DNA of 64,000 nt from Tubiluchus corallicola (lineage: Eukaryota > Animalia > Priapulida): positions 124,001 to 188,000 of the forward strand of contig JAQGDQ010000064.1 in the NCBI GenBank assembly GCA_030141605.1, read 5' to 3'. A program made the translations under genes and the position numbers. Below are positions 1 through 13,546 of the stretch, in pieces. Under the pieces are notes generated by a model, which was not told the origin of the DNA, ran no database searches, and saw nothing but the letters and a program-made list of their open reading frames with translations. Within the stretch, counting starts at the first letter, position 1. Each line of letters begins with the position of its first letter.

Positions 1-310
1 TGGTGAAAGCTACAGTAGCTAATTCCCAAGTTTAGAAACGATTGTACAGATCTGTTGCGTGTTCTTATTCTCACAACATTTCTTAAACGCACTAGAACTT
101 TACAAAGTATATCATTGTATTAGATCTCGAGTGATACATAACAGAAATATCCTGATAGTTTTATCGCACAAAGAAAGTTTTATCTATACGAAGCATGCTT
201 TATTGATCGATAATTATGTGGGGTATTTATTATTTGACTAATTCTCTGCTTTTCGTTTCTTTTCTCTTCTCTACACCCGAAAGCAATACTTGGAAACTAT
301 GAAAATGTTT

Positions 311-420
311 GTACTGCGTTGGAACTCGAACCCAAGACCTTTTGATTTCTAGGCAGCTATGCTAACCATTATACCAAAGAAGTACTCTGACTTTTCAGAT
401 TCAAAAATTTACACTATAAG
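311..420 (-). mobile_element. tRNA-derived SINE-like head; related copies at about 60155-60270 and 60410-60477
   Basis: Minus strand has A-box-like TGGTATAATGG and B-box-like GGTTCGAGTTCC. Flank (cttttcaga...aaattt...ctataag) is shared with the 60.2 kb copy. Confidence 0.6.
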
Positions 421-879
421 ACGGCTAAATAAAATAAATAACAGCTTTACCCGGTTTGTGAGAAGAACGTCTTTATCTGAGTGAATGACATATAGAGTGA
501 CACAGCATTCCCGTTGGTAGAAATACAATTGATTTTCCCAGTGCCTTACTGACTTCCTGCGGAACTAACTGCTGTTTCAACACTTGTTTACGTCACTTTT
601 CCTGATGAAGATTAGAAAACGCCGAGTTAATTAGGCTTACCTGTCAGCAGCACGGACATTCATTTAATCCCAGGATGCTTAACTTGTCAATTCTGGTAAA
701 AATACAGAATAAATGGCTCGTTCCGTGCAACAAATACAGAATAAATATCTTCCGTGCAACAGTCACAGTTAAGTTGTGATACAGTGCAGTACTTAATGTT
801 TTATTCTAATTACCTATATGAATGTAAATTGCTATTGCTGTCGGTCTCTAATGTGTCCTGGAATTTTTTTTGACAATTG

Positions 880-1224
880 TCAGTTTATAGAAAGCTCATA
901 TTCTGCTCACTGTTTCATGGTAGAAAGAGGGAGATGGAATAGGCTTCTCAAGGAGGAGCGCCCCTGTGTTTGCAAAAGAGACATGCAAGGTGAAGAACAT
1001 ATACTGTGTCGTTATGTGAAAACTGGAGACTTTAGAGAGCTTTATAACAAGTTGAACTTTAGTAACATACAGTCATTATATGACAGTTTTGACCAACATA
1101 ATCTGATGCATTTTGTTTATGAGTGTTTTAACGTGTTGAAGTGATCACATTTTAACTAACCTAATTTGCAGTTTTTGATATTATTTACAACTGTTGTGAA
1201 TGGACTGTCACCAGTCAATAAATT

Positions 1225-1284
<60 letters not shown>

Positions 1285-1300
1285 CACTACTACTACTGCT
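880..1300 (+). mobile_element. LINE 3' end fragment (C-terminal Cys/His motif, polyA signal, (TAC)n tail)
   Basis: SAHCFMVERGRW...EERPCVC...EEHIL resembles the LINE ORF2 C-terminal zinc-knuckle region. AATAAA at 1217 is directly followed by (TAC)n. Confidence 0.7.
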
Positions 1301-1359
1301 CCCCGTAAGTCTTTTGTCTGTATCGTGACGAAATAAAGTTACATTGCTTATCATTCTGT

Positions 1360-1415
1360 CATGGAATTGAACACACGACCTCTGGTGTGGACAACAAGCA
1401 CGCTACCAGTGCGCA
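1360..1415 (-). mobile_element. tRNA-like SINE head remnant
   Basis: Minus strand GCGCACTGGTAGCGTGCTTG...GAGGTCGTGTGTTCAATTCC has A- and B-box-like spacing. Confidence 0.4.
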
Positions 1416-2104
1416 GTTTCTGTGGAAATCGACTTTTTCGAACAGAAAAATGTTAGAACTAGGGAATTCAATTAAATCAGTGATCCGATTAATGCAATAC
1501 GTTAAGGTAATGGTATTGCTGTCGCCCCTCGCAGTAACCACACAGGCGATTTATTCACTAAGTGAGGTTTCCTCAAAGTTTCGGAAAATCTATACAGTGT
1601 ATTTTTAAACCAAACGATTTCTATAATCGATCAAATAATGCATGATGAAATGAAACTGGAAGTGAAACCATAATTTGTGGTGAAAAAGCAGGTGAGCGAT
1701 TGCCTTTTTAGTTTTTGCTTGGCGCCGAAAATTTTCTCATTATTATGGAAATGTTTAATAGAACCGAAGACTTGTGGGGATTTTTTGTGAGGATAAAATT
1801 CAAATGTAGTAGCATAACTATAATGACTACGATATTGAACAAAATAAAATACTAGTAGTTTTTGAACGCAAAGTTGTTTACTGAAGTGAAAATTCGATTT
1901 AAAACTAATCTTGGTGTGCTATTTATATAATCTTTTTATTTAAATAATTTCATACTAACTAAACTGTTTCAAACAACAAAGAGGCTGTCTTTGGAGAAAG
2001 CCTCGGTAACAAATTACGCGCGATAAACTTTAGTAATCTCGGTAGTTAAATTGGATTTGCAAAAAACGACATAAGACGGTGGCATAGTTTGGTTGCGTTC
2101 AAGA

Positions 2105-2211
2105 ATGACTATTGCAATGGGTAAGTGGAATCAAAATCCACACATGAGGCGAGCTTCTTGTTCATACCTGAGTGGAGGATTGTGGGGAATGCCCGGTATT
2201 GGACCAAACAG
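2105..2211 (+). CDS. Candidate alternative first coding exon (MTIAMGKWNQNPHMRRASCSYLSGGLWGMPGIGPN + 2 nt), unidentified gene
   Basis: ATG at 2105 with A/G-rich context, 35 open codons + AG, then strong donor CAG|GTGAGT at 2212 (phase 2). GC is higher than the flanks and it contains RRAS. Joins in frame to exon 39981-40046. A competing phase-1 donor TGG|GTAAGT lies at 2121. Confidence 0.6.
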
Positions 2212-2643
2212 GTGAGTCATTGAGATTATTTCCTAATTCCATAGAAACCTCCTATTTGTGAGGTTTCTGTCAAAGCTATCGCTATAAGTCAAATTCGTTT
2301 GTTGTGGAATAATTTAAATGTAAGGTACGTTCACATGTATCTAGATATAAAAGCATTCAACGAGCTAGGGTCGGCTTCAATCCTCAGCACTGTTATTGCT
2401 GCATAAACTTTTTCCATAAATTTTCGGTTACTGTTGCCGTCTGATAAAGAGCCTGATTTGAACTTTTTTAACCGTTACACAGAGGCCATTATATTCATGC
2501 ATAAAAACCGGGAACCGGCTCATCTATAACTTGCCAAATTAATAACTGTTGACGAGTGAAAGCCAGTTTGAAAATTATATCAGTATTATTTTGTATAACT
2601 GGGGCTTCATTCGCCCGAGAAGGGATTTTCACTGATATGACTG

Positions 2644-3022
2644 CAGGCCGGATTATCCTGTAGGCTAGTATAGGCTGCAGCCTAGGGCCCCCTCAAGATT
2701 GGGGGCCTTCAAGCTTTGGTGACATTTGATAAAAAATCTGTTTTTTACTTCGGTTATGTTGAAATATGTGCTAATTTGGTTTGCAATAAATAGTAGAGGG
2801 GGTATTTCTTAAATAATATTTTTATTGACAAACAAAAGATAGCTATTCTAGTTTGTTTAAAGAATTTGCAATAAGTTTACTATAGGGTATGCGAATGTCG
2901 CTAAATTAATCACGAGTAAAAAATATATAAGACGGGTGACGGCAAGTTAGAGGGTGGCTCCAGCTGAAAAAGCCCCATAATTTCATTAGCCTAGGGCCAC
3001 AAAAGGTCATAATCCGGGTCTG
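2644..3022. mobile_element. Non-autonomous TIR element (hAT-like MITE)
   Basis: TIRs CAGGCCGGATTAT / ATAATCCGGGTCTG, subterminal GCCTAGGGCC motifs at both ends, AT-rich core. TSD is degraded. Confidence 0.7.
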
Positions 3023-3556
3023 GGTATGAGCACCGACATTTGTACATCCTTCGGAATTTGGAAGAAGTATTACAAGCCAACGTTCTACGATTTTCAAAAT
3101 TCCTTCTGGCAACTTTGCTGGTCACAGAATGCCAGTCATGGCTTCGCAATGATCATCTTTGAAAATTCCACGACATAGAAGCACTAATTAATACTATGCG
3201 GATGAAAATTACTTGCGAAATTGCGAAAATGTATTTACAGTTTCGATATTTTAGTACGACCGGTGTGTCGCGAGAGTTATGCAATTCGTAGCTCTGAGTG
3301 AGCAAATGTGGCAGTTTGGTTGACGTTGAACGAATAGTTTCCGTTCCTTAGCAATTTCCGTTTATACAACTGAGGTATGATATAAAAATTCCAAGCAAAG
3401 AGCAAATTGATGCTGACATAAACTTTTATATGTAATAATAATCTTCATTTAAAGTCGACTTTTGGATGAACAATTAAAGAACTTTTGCCGACTCTAAATA
3501 ACAACTCTACAACTACATAATAGAAAATATTATTATCCTGCTTTTACCCTAAATAC

Positions 3557-3675
3557 CACGCCCCAGGTAGGGCAACAGCAGGTGCCATTTTTTAGAGTCT
3601 TTGGTATTACCCAGTCGCTGTATCGAACTCATGACCTCCAAGACGGAAAGCGGACGTGGACCTCCAAGACTATGT
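3557..3675 (-). mobile_element. tRNA-derived SINE fragment with a conserved central domain (Meta/MESC-like by recollection)
   Basis: Minus strand: B-box GAGTTCGATAC followed by GGTAATACCAAAGACTCTAAAAAATGGCACCTGCTG. The domain name is an inference. Confidence 0.55.
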
Positions 3676-4632
3676 CGTCTAGTCGAATAGCGAACGGCGA
3701 AGTTTGAGCAATAGCGAATAAGTAATTAAACAAGAGATAGATGATTAAAGCAATCGTGACTCCAGCATATAACAGTATACAAAGAGAACTTAGCAGGTGC
3801 GCAAAACGTATGTACAAAATTTGTACTGCTATTTAGAGACCGGAAAACACATTAACAGAAGAACTTGGCAAACACGTCAAAACAAAAATCACAGTTGATC
3901 GAAATTTCCTTCTTTCTGTTTGTAATGGCTGTCAACAATATTTGTCTAGCATTTAAGTAATCATGTGGGCTGAATGTTATAATTAAACACACCCGTCTTT
4001 TATGGAAAAAACGAAACCATATTTCCGAAGGTTATTTCTGAGTAGTCCCGAGAAAGACTAACCATTTACAGTACACTAAACATGATATACAAATATACCG
4101 TCAATTCTTTACCATTACAGGCCTACTTTAAAATACCTTAAAAAGACTTTAAACTAAAATATTGTAGTGACGCCCAATAAAATAACATGCTTTCATTTAT
4201 CAGTACTGAATATGCAAGCTGCACAATTGTTGAATAAAAAATTGTAAAAATCGATGTTCGATTTACAAAATGAACGAGAATCTAAATGAGTGGAATACAT
4301 AAAATCGCCAACTAATGCACTAATTATTCCTTTTTAGCTTGATATATAGTATTGAAAATGACGGTAATAGTCGAAGCAGTCGTTTACGCTCAATAAACAT
4401 GCTGATTCCTAAACCTGAAGCCTTACGCTATTGCATAATAAGATTTTTATTTGTGTTTTTGTCACTTCTGAACGTGAATCTTGTATTTCTAATTAGAAAG
4501 TAAACAAATTCTGGCTTGAAAAATCTAATGAGAAAACTTTGCTCATTATTGGAAACAACGCCTCTACCATCGCTTATTTGGTTCTTTAATGCCGAACGTC
4601 CTTATCGAAATGATAAGTGATCACCCGGAAAA

Positions 4633-4665
4633 GGCAGGCAGACAGACATACAGACAGACAGACAT

Positions 4666-4731
<66 letters not shown>

Positions 4732-4889
4732 TGACTGACTGACTGACTGACTGACTGACTGACTGTCTGACTGACTGACTGACTGACTGACTGACTGACT
4801 GACTGACTGACTGACTGACTGACTGACTGACTGACTGACTGACTGACTGACTGACTGACTGACTGACTGACTGACTGACTGACTGACTG

Positions 4890-4921
<32 letters not shown>

Positions 4922-5106
4922 ACGGACGGACGGACGGACGGACGGACGGACGGACGGACGGACGGACGGACGGGCAGACAGTCGGATAGACAGACAGGCA
5001 GAACAGACAGACAGATGGCAGTCGGACAGCCAGAGAGATAGACAGGCAGGCAGGCAGGTAGGAAGGATACAGACAGACTGGCAGCAGACAGATAGACTTA
5101 CAGACA
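4633..5106. repeat. Compound tetranucleotide microsatellite (GACA)n(GACT)n(GACG)n
   Basis: Directly visible; explains ORFs 4586-5107 and 4602-5111. Confidence 0.98.
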
Positions 5107-8100
5107 ACCAAATTTTCAGAAATGCTGTACCTTAGAAGCTTTATTAATAGAACAATTTATTTACAAAGCAAGCAGTTCTGTACAGTTTATGGGTAAAGCA
5201 ACCAGTTCTGTGCACAATCACTGCGACAGAAATTTTTGGGTAAAGTTAACATTGAAAATATCCCATATACTCTGTACTTGCCTTCAAATATACAGTTTAC
5301 GCAAAAAAGCGGCCTTCTGTGTAGGTTTTGATAAAATACACTAAAATCTGAGACACGCGTGGGTGGTTAAATGAAACGAGCAAGTGTTGCACGAATCTTC
5401 CAAATAGTTAAATTAAGTAGAAGCTCTTGTATGCATACATTCTCACATGAAAATGTGTAGCTTTGGCATCACCTAAAGGCCCAGTTGAATGATAACTGTA
5501 AAACAATGGCAAAGCTTAGCTACGTATGCTCCAAATTTAACTCCATCGTGACACAAAAATGGCACGTATGCCGTCTAACAAGAAATTGATGTATAACTGC
5601 CTATCTAAGCTAAAGACTTGTCCACAAAGTCTTCAATTTTCCTGAAAAAAAAACAAATTTACGCGCTAACTATAACATGTATTGGAATTGAAAAGTAAGA
5701 CAAAGATTTTTTTATTAGAAAAAAATCTGTTTTTGCGTGCTTTCGTCCTTATTTTTAATCAAAACGTTTTTTACGTGAGAATTTTTTTGAAATCAGTCTG
5801 CCGGTTTTGCTCATGTTAGAATCAGGAATGTAATTAAGCATTAACGCTGACGTTCTTCTCGTATAGATTAATAACATTTCCTTCTACCACCTCCACACTC
5901 TCAGCGACCTCTATTTAACTTGGTTCAGCCCACATTCTTGCATCGATCACTTTAGTGGCCAAGTAGGGTAAATAGCACGGGCAGGAATCTTGATTACACT
6001 GTAACCAGTCCTCCTCTTGTCAAAAGGAGACTTTTCAATAGAATATCCATTGATGACAGGATGCGATCCAATACATTCCAATGACACTAAACAGTCTCGC
6101 GTAATTAGTAATTAGACTCACACGCTAGTAGCTAACAAGCTCTACAGGGCAGATACAGAAACAGTGGGCCAACTGCGGTTAAATGAGGCTGTATACTAAG
6201 CTGGATGAAGCCCTCCATTCTTACTTTAAATGAAGTTATAGTTAATGTGTCATGTGACTATTCATTGTACGTTTGGGGGAAAGGATTTTCAGATGTGAGC
6301 ATGTGACATATGCATGGCCATTGAAAGTATTGCAAACTGAGTAGATTTAATGGCCTCTGTGAGATAAGCTATTTACATTTGACAGTAATGAGTTCAAAAA
6401 GCCTATAGTGCAGTCTTCCAAATTCCTTGTATGCGTCGTAATGCACAAGAAAAAGGATATTTACAAAAGTTGGAATCAATTAGTCAATATAATCGAATTA
6501 GCTGGCCTTAATTTTTTATTCAAAGTTTAAATTTCAGCACACAGAAAATGCTATAAAAAGTTAAAAATTTACACTAAAAAACTAAAAAATACTACATGGC
6601 ATTTTTAAAAGAGCTACTAATATATACAAAAACATAATAAAATATACGCAGAATTCAAAATTACAAGACAGCAATTAAAAACTAGTGGTTACTACAATAA
6701 TCAAATGATAGATGAGTTCGTCAATGATAGATTGGTTACTCAATGATAGATTTCTAGATAATGAATTATGATAAATTTATGAATAACGACTAATCCATAA
6801 AAAAGAGGAAGAAGACTGAGGAAAATTGAAAGAGAGAAGATGAAAATTTATGAGTAAACCAGATTCCAAGCATTGTAAGCTAAAAGTTCTAGGTTTGACT
6901 CCTATATGCAATTTTTCAGCGCCTCTTCCTTCAGTTAATTAACCGTTACGTTATCTGTTGATTTCGTATAAACCGGTAGGTTCGCTATTTCTGGCTTATC
7001 ACAGTTTATTGTCTAAGAAAATCATGAATTTTGAGCAAGTTCATAAGCTTTACAGAAATATCTGCTTTCTAGAGGAAAAAATGACGAAATTTTGTCTACT
7101 ACCTTTGGTGCAGAATAACTACACATTTTTTCTTATATGCGAATTCTACAGTTTCTGCAAACCTTTTTACTCAATTCAATGCAAACATGCTTATATTGTT
7201 TTTGTTTTTGTCACCACATACTTTACATTCTTCTTCGTAGATTGATACTTCGTATTCAGTGCATCGCGTGTGCAATAAACATCCTTAATTCGCTGCAGTA
7301 AACGGCCTCAATAGGAATCCCCAGCATAAACTCAACACCAGTCAGCCAAACCACGGTCAGTTCTTTGATCATTGAGAAGGTGTTTTGTTGCAGTAATATG
7401 GCTACTATAACGACTCATGACTACAGCTTTATACGTGGACAGTTTTATCGCCGGGACGTACTGATTTATAGCGTCGCTGCTCGACTGTTTATCACATTTA
7501 CGCCTTTGCTTGGCTTCATGGTCGCTCAAAGGTGATAGTCTTAACGGTTTTTCCTTATTCTACCACCATTTTTTCCATCACTCGCATTTTGTGAGGCTGT
7601 TAAACTGAACAAAGTGTTCATTGATTAATTGCAGCATTCAGGTGGCCCGGCAAAATTGAAATAAAAAGTGAACAAACACTGATTTCTTGAGACATAGAAT
7701 GGGAGTGCACGCGCAGAATTATCGTGTTTGTCAGAGGCTGCAGACTGATTTCAGTCACACAACTGCGTTCACGGTAATTGACGATTTTAGAGTCCAAATC
7801 ACTATCGCTTGATAGCAACTCAAACTGTTTATGTGATTATCAAACTGACTCACAAAACTGCCGTAGTTTTGAGATTAATGAAACGATCTTATTCAAGTCG
7901 AATGTCATACGAAGTATTTGTGCTCTTTGTGCTTTTTTAACATGAGAGTGATACAATGTTGCTTGTCGCCTTTTCGGATGAAGATTTAAATGTCTTAACT
8001 TGAAGCCAAACGAAGATAACACAGAGCTGGACCTTTAATCTATTTTAATTCCACACAGGCATGTGGACCAGAATCTGCTGAGTTCTTCTTCAATGTGTGG

Positions 8101-8555
8101 AAGATTGAGCGAAAATTTTGAAGTGTTTACTGTGTAGATCATAAAAATTAGATGTGATGGTATTTTTAAATCGTAAAGAGCAGCGGAGAGACATGTCTTA
8201 AAGTAAATCATTTTAAAATTTTTGACATAGTAATCATAAGTTGAAAGACCCTTTGGTAGTATCATGATTTATTTCTTGAGATCTTAAATATGTCGACTGT
8301 GTCCTGTAACAAAATTTGTAAAGATACATTTCGTCAGTAAATATCAGAAATATATGAATTTTTAAAAAATGAAGTCGATCATCGTGAAAAATGAGCTTGC
8401 AAGAAAAAAGAAATTGCTAAGCAACTCATCTGACGCGAAAAGGAAAGGATAAAGCAACGATATGTGATGGATTGGGGACCAGTAGGAATTGGATAAGTCA
8501 AACTTTTATCAGAAAAAACTTGGCGCCAGTTTCTTGGTTGCACTTCCAGTTCAAA

Positions 8556-8599
8556 ATGTTGACATACAGAAGGCAAAGTTTACCTGCGACATCACCCAT
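8556..8599 (+). CDS. Candidate alternative first coding exon (MLTYRRQSLPATSP + 2 nt)
   Basis: aaaATG, 14 codons + AT, donor CAT|GTAAGT at 8600 (phase 2). In-frame stop upstream at 8418 with no earlier ATG. Contains RRQS. In frame with exon 39981. Confidence 0.55.
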
Positions 8600-9733
8600 G
8601 TAAGTATGTTATAAAGATTACAGTAACTCGGTTACAATATATGACTGGATATTGAATATGGATGTCGGAGTTGCAAAAGTCGAAATCGTTTCTGAAAGCA
8701 ATTTTTTGGTTTTCACACTAGAGAAGTTTTCAAGTGTTATACTTTTTTTAACACTGAAGTTACTTATATTTGGCTGTGCGAAAAATTTTAACTCGTAGTA
8801 ATTTTACAGCACACATATTTTTTACAAACGTTATTTCGCAAACGTTTTCGTAATAAACGCATCATGATGAAACACACAATCAACCCAAATAACGTTCTTG
8901 TCATGGCGTTTCGCGTTTGACGCGACGCCATAATTCTGTGAAACGAGAAGATAAATTACTGTAGAGCGATGTAAAACACACATTAGATAATTAAATACTA
9001 CATGCTATAAGTGAATCTGTGCTCTCACTATATCCATAACAGAAAAGTAATCGTGAGGTGTCTTTTATGGAATTTAGGGAGCGATGGTACCTTTCCCTAT
9101 GACACCAACCTTTTCTTGCACTTTTATTAGTTCATCGGCTCAACAATCACATTCACTTTATTACTGCCTATATAAGCTGCAGTTTATTAAGAGATTGTGC
9201 TGATGCATTACAATAGTCCAGCGACACTACACCACATTAGTTTATGTCAGCAAATATTGCTAATGCTATACAAATAATAAATCACGGTTCAATTTAACCA
9301 GCATTAAACCTTAAAGTAAACCAATCCTCCGTCATGCTACAGAAATAAAACGGTCTCCAATATAAACAAAATTACAAATAAAGGCATGAAATGCTGGACA
9401 GAGGTGACTGAACTATTAAGTCTAGCGCCCAGATGGTAAAAAAATTAAGTTTGGTAATTCAAATTTTGTCTATGCCTCTCTTTAATCATCTTTTCACAAG
9501 GTCATTCTGAAATTTTGGTGTCTTGGTTTGTGTGTAGGATTCTACTGTCTACTCCACAGACCATTCTATAAAATTCTGTACATGTCTGACCATCTGGCTC
9601 GTTGAGATAGTAAGTCTTTAAATAAGACACTTTAACGAAATGAAGACTTGAAACTTAATTTTCCATATCGTAGATCTTTCTTAATTTTGTATTAATTCAG
9701 AGTGGTTAAATAAAGAAAAACGTCCCATGGCTC

Positions 9734-9860
9734 TGATGATGATGGTGATGATGATAATGATGATGATGATGATGATGATAATGATGATGACGATGATGAT
9801 GACAACGATGACGACGATGGTAATGATGATGATAATGATGATGATGATGATAATGATGAT

Positions 9861-9891
<31 letters not shown>

Positions 9892-9916
9892 GTAATGATG
9901 ATGATGATGATGATGG
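9734..9916. repeat. (GAT)n imperfect microsatellite with a higher-order duplication
   Basis: Directly visible; the variant pattern repeats with a period of about 69 bp. Confidence 0.95.
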
Positions 9917-10393
9917 TAGTGAGAGTAGCATAATTGTACATCTGGGGCCTACGCAAAGTAAATCAGTGGGCTCCCATCATTCAAATGTAAAATTTTCGCG
10001 GCTTGTCGGATGCACCACAATTTTTAAACTCAGGTTATAAAACTATCACAACATAACTTAGGTTTTTTCTTCGTGATTTCACTTCTTCTTGACTAAGGGC
10101 CTCTTCAATCTGTGATAAGGAAAGGGTAGTTTAATGCGCAAATGTAAGCAGATGCATAATGTAATGCTTTTGACGCATAATGTAAATTCGCTGCGACACA
10201 TAATGTAATGCATGTCATAACGGATACTTTAATAATTCATTCAGCTTACAGCGATAGGTCATTAATTTTCTGAACTTCCAAAGCAAAATCATTTAGTGTC
10301 AAAATTTGACGATTTTTTTAAGTTAATGAGGTAAATAAATTCAAACTATATCGGATCGTGCCTTTTTCTTTTTAGTTTATAACTTATAATGAT

Positions 10394-10394
<1 letters not shown>

Positions 10395-10434
<40 letters not shown>

Positions 10435-10635
10435 CGTCGTTGTTGTTAAAGAAAAACAGTATTTAATTAAAAACTTTTGTTGTCATCAGTTAAATAAGAT
10501 GCTGACTGACCGACTGACTGACTGTCTGACTAACAGACAGACAGACATGCAGACGGACGGACGGACAGACAGACAGACAGACAGACGGATGGACGGACGG
10601 ACGGACAGACATACAGACAGACTGACTGACTGACT
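10395..10635. repeat. (GTT)n followed by a (GACT/GACA/GACG)n microsatellite
   Basis: Directly visible at 10395-10447 and 10502-10635. Confidence 0.95.
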
Positions 10636-13463
10636 TTGCTATACAGTTGCTTGTTGTGATTTTTTTAGTTTCCAACAGAATTGTGACGCAGTCGCATTTA
10701 TCCTACTCACGGTACGTAATACTAACAAAAGAAAAGCGAAGCTGCACTCTGGACATTTCCATAGTATAACGAGAATTGCAGGGCTTCATTTTGGCAATTT
10801 CCATAGTCTAATGAGAAAAGTCAGGGAAATGTATTTGACAATACATTTCCCTAGTATAATTACACTCACACATACACACACGCTAATAAATTTTTCACTT
10901 TCTTATAACTCGATCATTGTCCACGGTTTCTCGATCATAGCTCGTAAATTTACAGGTGTTTTCAGTTCGGCCTGCTGCATTTAGTTTCGTTAATTACAAT
11001 GTCTGCTACTAGAGAGCAGCACAGATCGATGTTCCGTTCACGAAGTTATGATAGCTCCGCAGCAAGTGGGAAAGCCAGGGTTTAAATTGAAAATAAAGCT
11101 CTAAACTCTATGTGGAATCTTCGAGTAGTATTGGTGTATGCAAAACTAGTGACCAGTTGTGTAGACGACTACATCACAATTAAAATACATTGTGTACAGT
11201 GTGTGCTAGTAACACAGGATTAAAACTAGACTCTTGCAATGTGTAACGCATGAACGTTAAAATCAAATATATAATTATAATTTTTCACTTAAAACGGTTT
11301 TGAGTGTCAGATACAGCGTGTCGCTGACAAATCATGTTAGTAAACCTTGTACATGCACATTTTATATTATACATTTTAATCATTAATTTGGAAATCTTAA
11401 TTTTCACAAGAATGCATCACGCACTGAAAACAACATAATTTTATTAAAGACTCGAACATTTGAATATATTCATATTTATGACTATTCAAGTGTGCAAGTC
11501 TACGACAAAATTATGATATTTTCAGTGGCCATTGTTACATTTAATTTTGATGTTATAGCAGAACTAAACAGCTCGTGTGACTTCGTGTAGCTGAAAGGAA
11601 AAGGCAGTTGGTCGGTCGACGTCTCTATAGCAGCAACTCTCTTAGACTGTATAGATATAACTACAGACATCTGTGTTCTATATAAAAAGCATCCTATAAC
11701 TAATGTTGTTTCTTCAGCATTTGGTGAATAAACTATTATTTCTCAGTTCTCGTTATTTTAGATTCACCACTGCAAGCAGTAATGGGTTTTGGTGGTCTCC
11801 ACCACAATCCGCGCGGTCTAGTTTAATCATCATAGCGCAACTCTCGATGTTCCAAACAAATTCTGTGTTTCGAGAACACTTGTCAAAAACGGTCTTTTTT
11901 GTCACTAATTAACAAAATCATCAGATTCAAACTTTATTCGCAGAAATCGTATTTCTCGCGAGAAGAGTAAATGAACCCAAATTCTTTATTGTGTCACATG
12001 AAAGGATTTTAATTGTTTTATTTGTTTTAATTATTGTACATAGTGCTTGCATAACAGGTTTGAATTATGTTTATTTTAAAGTGCTTTTTACTTCTTATTA
12101 AGGTACTGACAGTATGGAGACATTTGTTCATCACCATTTAAACTTAAATTTAAAGGCATTTTTGGGACATAAATAAAAATCTAATTTGTATTATAGTCAC
12201 AGTAGTCAGAAAAACTAGGTTAGGTTAGCTATAAGCCTATAACTAGTAATTGTGAAATTTACAAGTGTAGTGCTATTTATCGAATAGTTTTTAGCTTCTA
12301 ATAGGACCACGTTTCATGTTTTCTGATTTACTGCAATAATATACTACCTGTGCGTCACAAATTAATAAAAAGTGCGAAAAACCGTTAAACATGTTAAAGG
12401 AAAACAGGTTGATTTTTCATAGCTTGCTGTATTCTGAAGGATGGTAAATAGTATACATTTTAAAGCCTGCAATAACACCAAAGTGTTTCAGATATTGAAC
12501 AATAAACAATGGCTTAAAAACTTAATAAACGTTGTTAAACACTGTTGTTAAACAGTCGGTGAATTCAACTATTGATGACGCCACAACGGAATATAATTTT
12601 CAAGAACGCAAACATTCGACGAGAGTATTGTACGTGTTTGCAAATGCGAAAATTGAAATACAGCGCTACTGTCAGACGATTTCACTACAAATGTGTGTTA
12701 CGTCAGAAACGAACTGACACGTACAGCGCTTGTTTTTTGTGCAACGCAGTTCCGAAATGTAGGCGCTGTATGGGGGATGTGACTATATCTGACTAGGGAA
12801 TGGCGAAATCTACGTAACTGGGCGTGATCATGAAACTAAACTTCTGTGGTAACAATTCTTTCACATAAGTCACTCTTAAAAACAATTATAGTATTACTTT
12901 ATACATTAAATTATTTTGAGCTTTAGTTTAAAATTGGGCCCTGTTTCCGTTTGAAGTAAAAATCAAGCAGCGTTAAACTTGGAACGACTTGGTTTTCGTG
13001 CAAAGGCTTTGTTTCTTTCTCGTTTTTGTTGGAAAAGAAAATCATGATTTACTACATAGTTCAGCATAAGAAAATTACAAAGTAAGACTTGAAATACAAG
13101 AACAGCGCACAGTGTACAAAACCATCTAAACTCAGTGAAACTCACACTTACTCACAAAGAAAACCATTATAATGAGGTGTGTGGTTAGATGTTTCACCAA
13201 GTTTGGTGGACGTGCCTCTGCAACACAGAAAACGCAGTAAGATATCATAATGTGTGAAGAAGATTATACGACTGTCGAGCAAATATATATAATCCAAGAC
13301 GTGTCACCTGCGTCCCAGTGAACGGCTTCATTTGTCAAAGTTGAAGGCGCGTTAACGGCGTCACCGCGAAGCGAAGCCCTTTATCATTACGCTGCCTTAC
13401 GAAATTGACTGCCTGACGATGTGCTGATGTTTGACGCTTGTGTTGTGTGTAAACAAGAAGTAA

Positions 13464-13546
13464 ATGAGAGTACATAATAAAGGGATTCTAATGAGCTGTT
13501 GTACAGCAGTAGGTGCAGTTTGTAGAACAGAATTAATTTCATTGTG
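13464..13546 (+). CDS. Weak candidate first exon (MRVHNKGILMSCCTAVGAVCRTELISL + 2 nt)
   Basis: Open frame from ATG to a weak donor TG|GTAACT (phase 2), downstream of a CpG-richer segment at about 13290-13440. Confidence 0.2.

Noticed and set aside
311-375. Functional tRNA gene
   Set aside because: Only A/B-box remnants with no intact cloverleaf, and diverged dispersed copies exist, so it was treated as SINE-derived.
4586-5111. 170-aa ORFs (SVSQ/SVRP/LSVC repeats)
   Set aside because: Translations of a tetranucleotide microsatellite. The same applies to the poly-M/I/S/H, LSLS/RERE and ILFYS ORFs at 9.7, 22.9, 26.8, 31.5, 35.2, 50.1 and 53.2 kb.
5880-6430. Highly decayed LINE RT (minus strand)
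   Set aside because: Only faint motif resemblance, too degraded to call. The same holds for about 23420-23800, 26040-26290 (Penelope-like), 36350-36700 (RTE-like) and 53700-54130 (ORF1-like).
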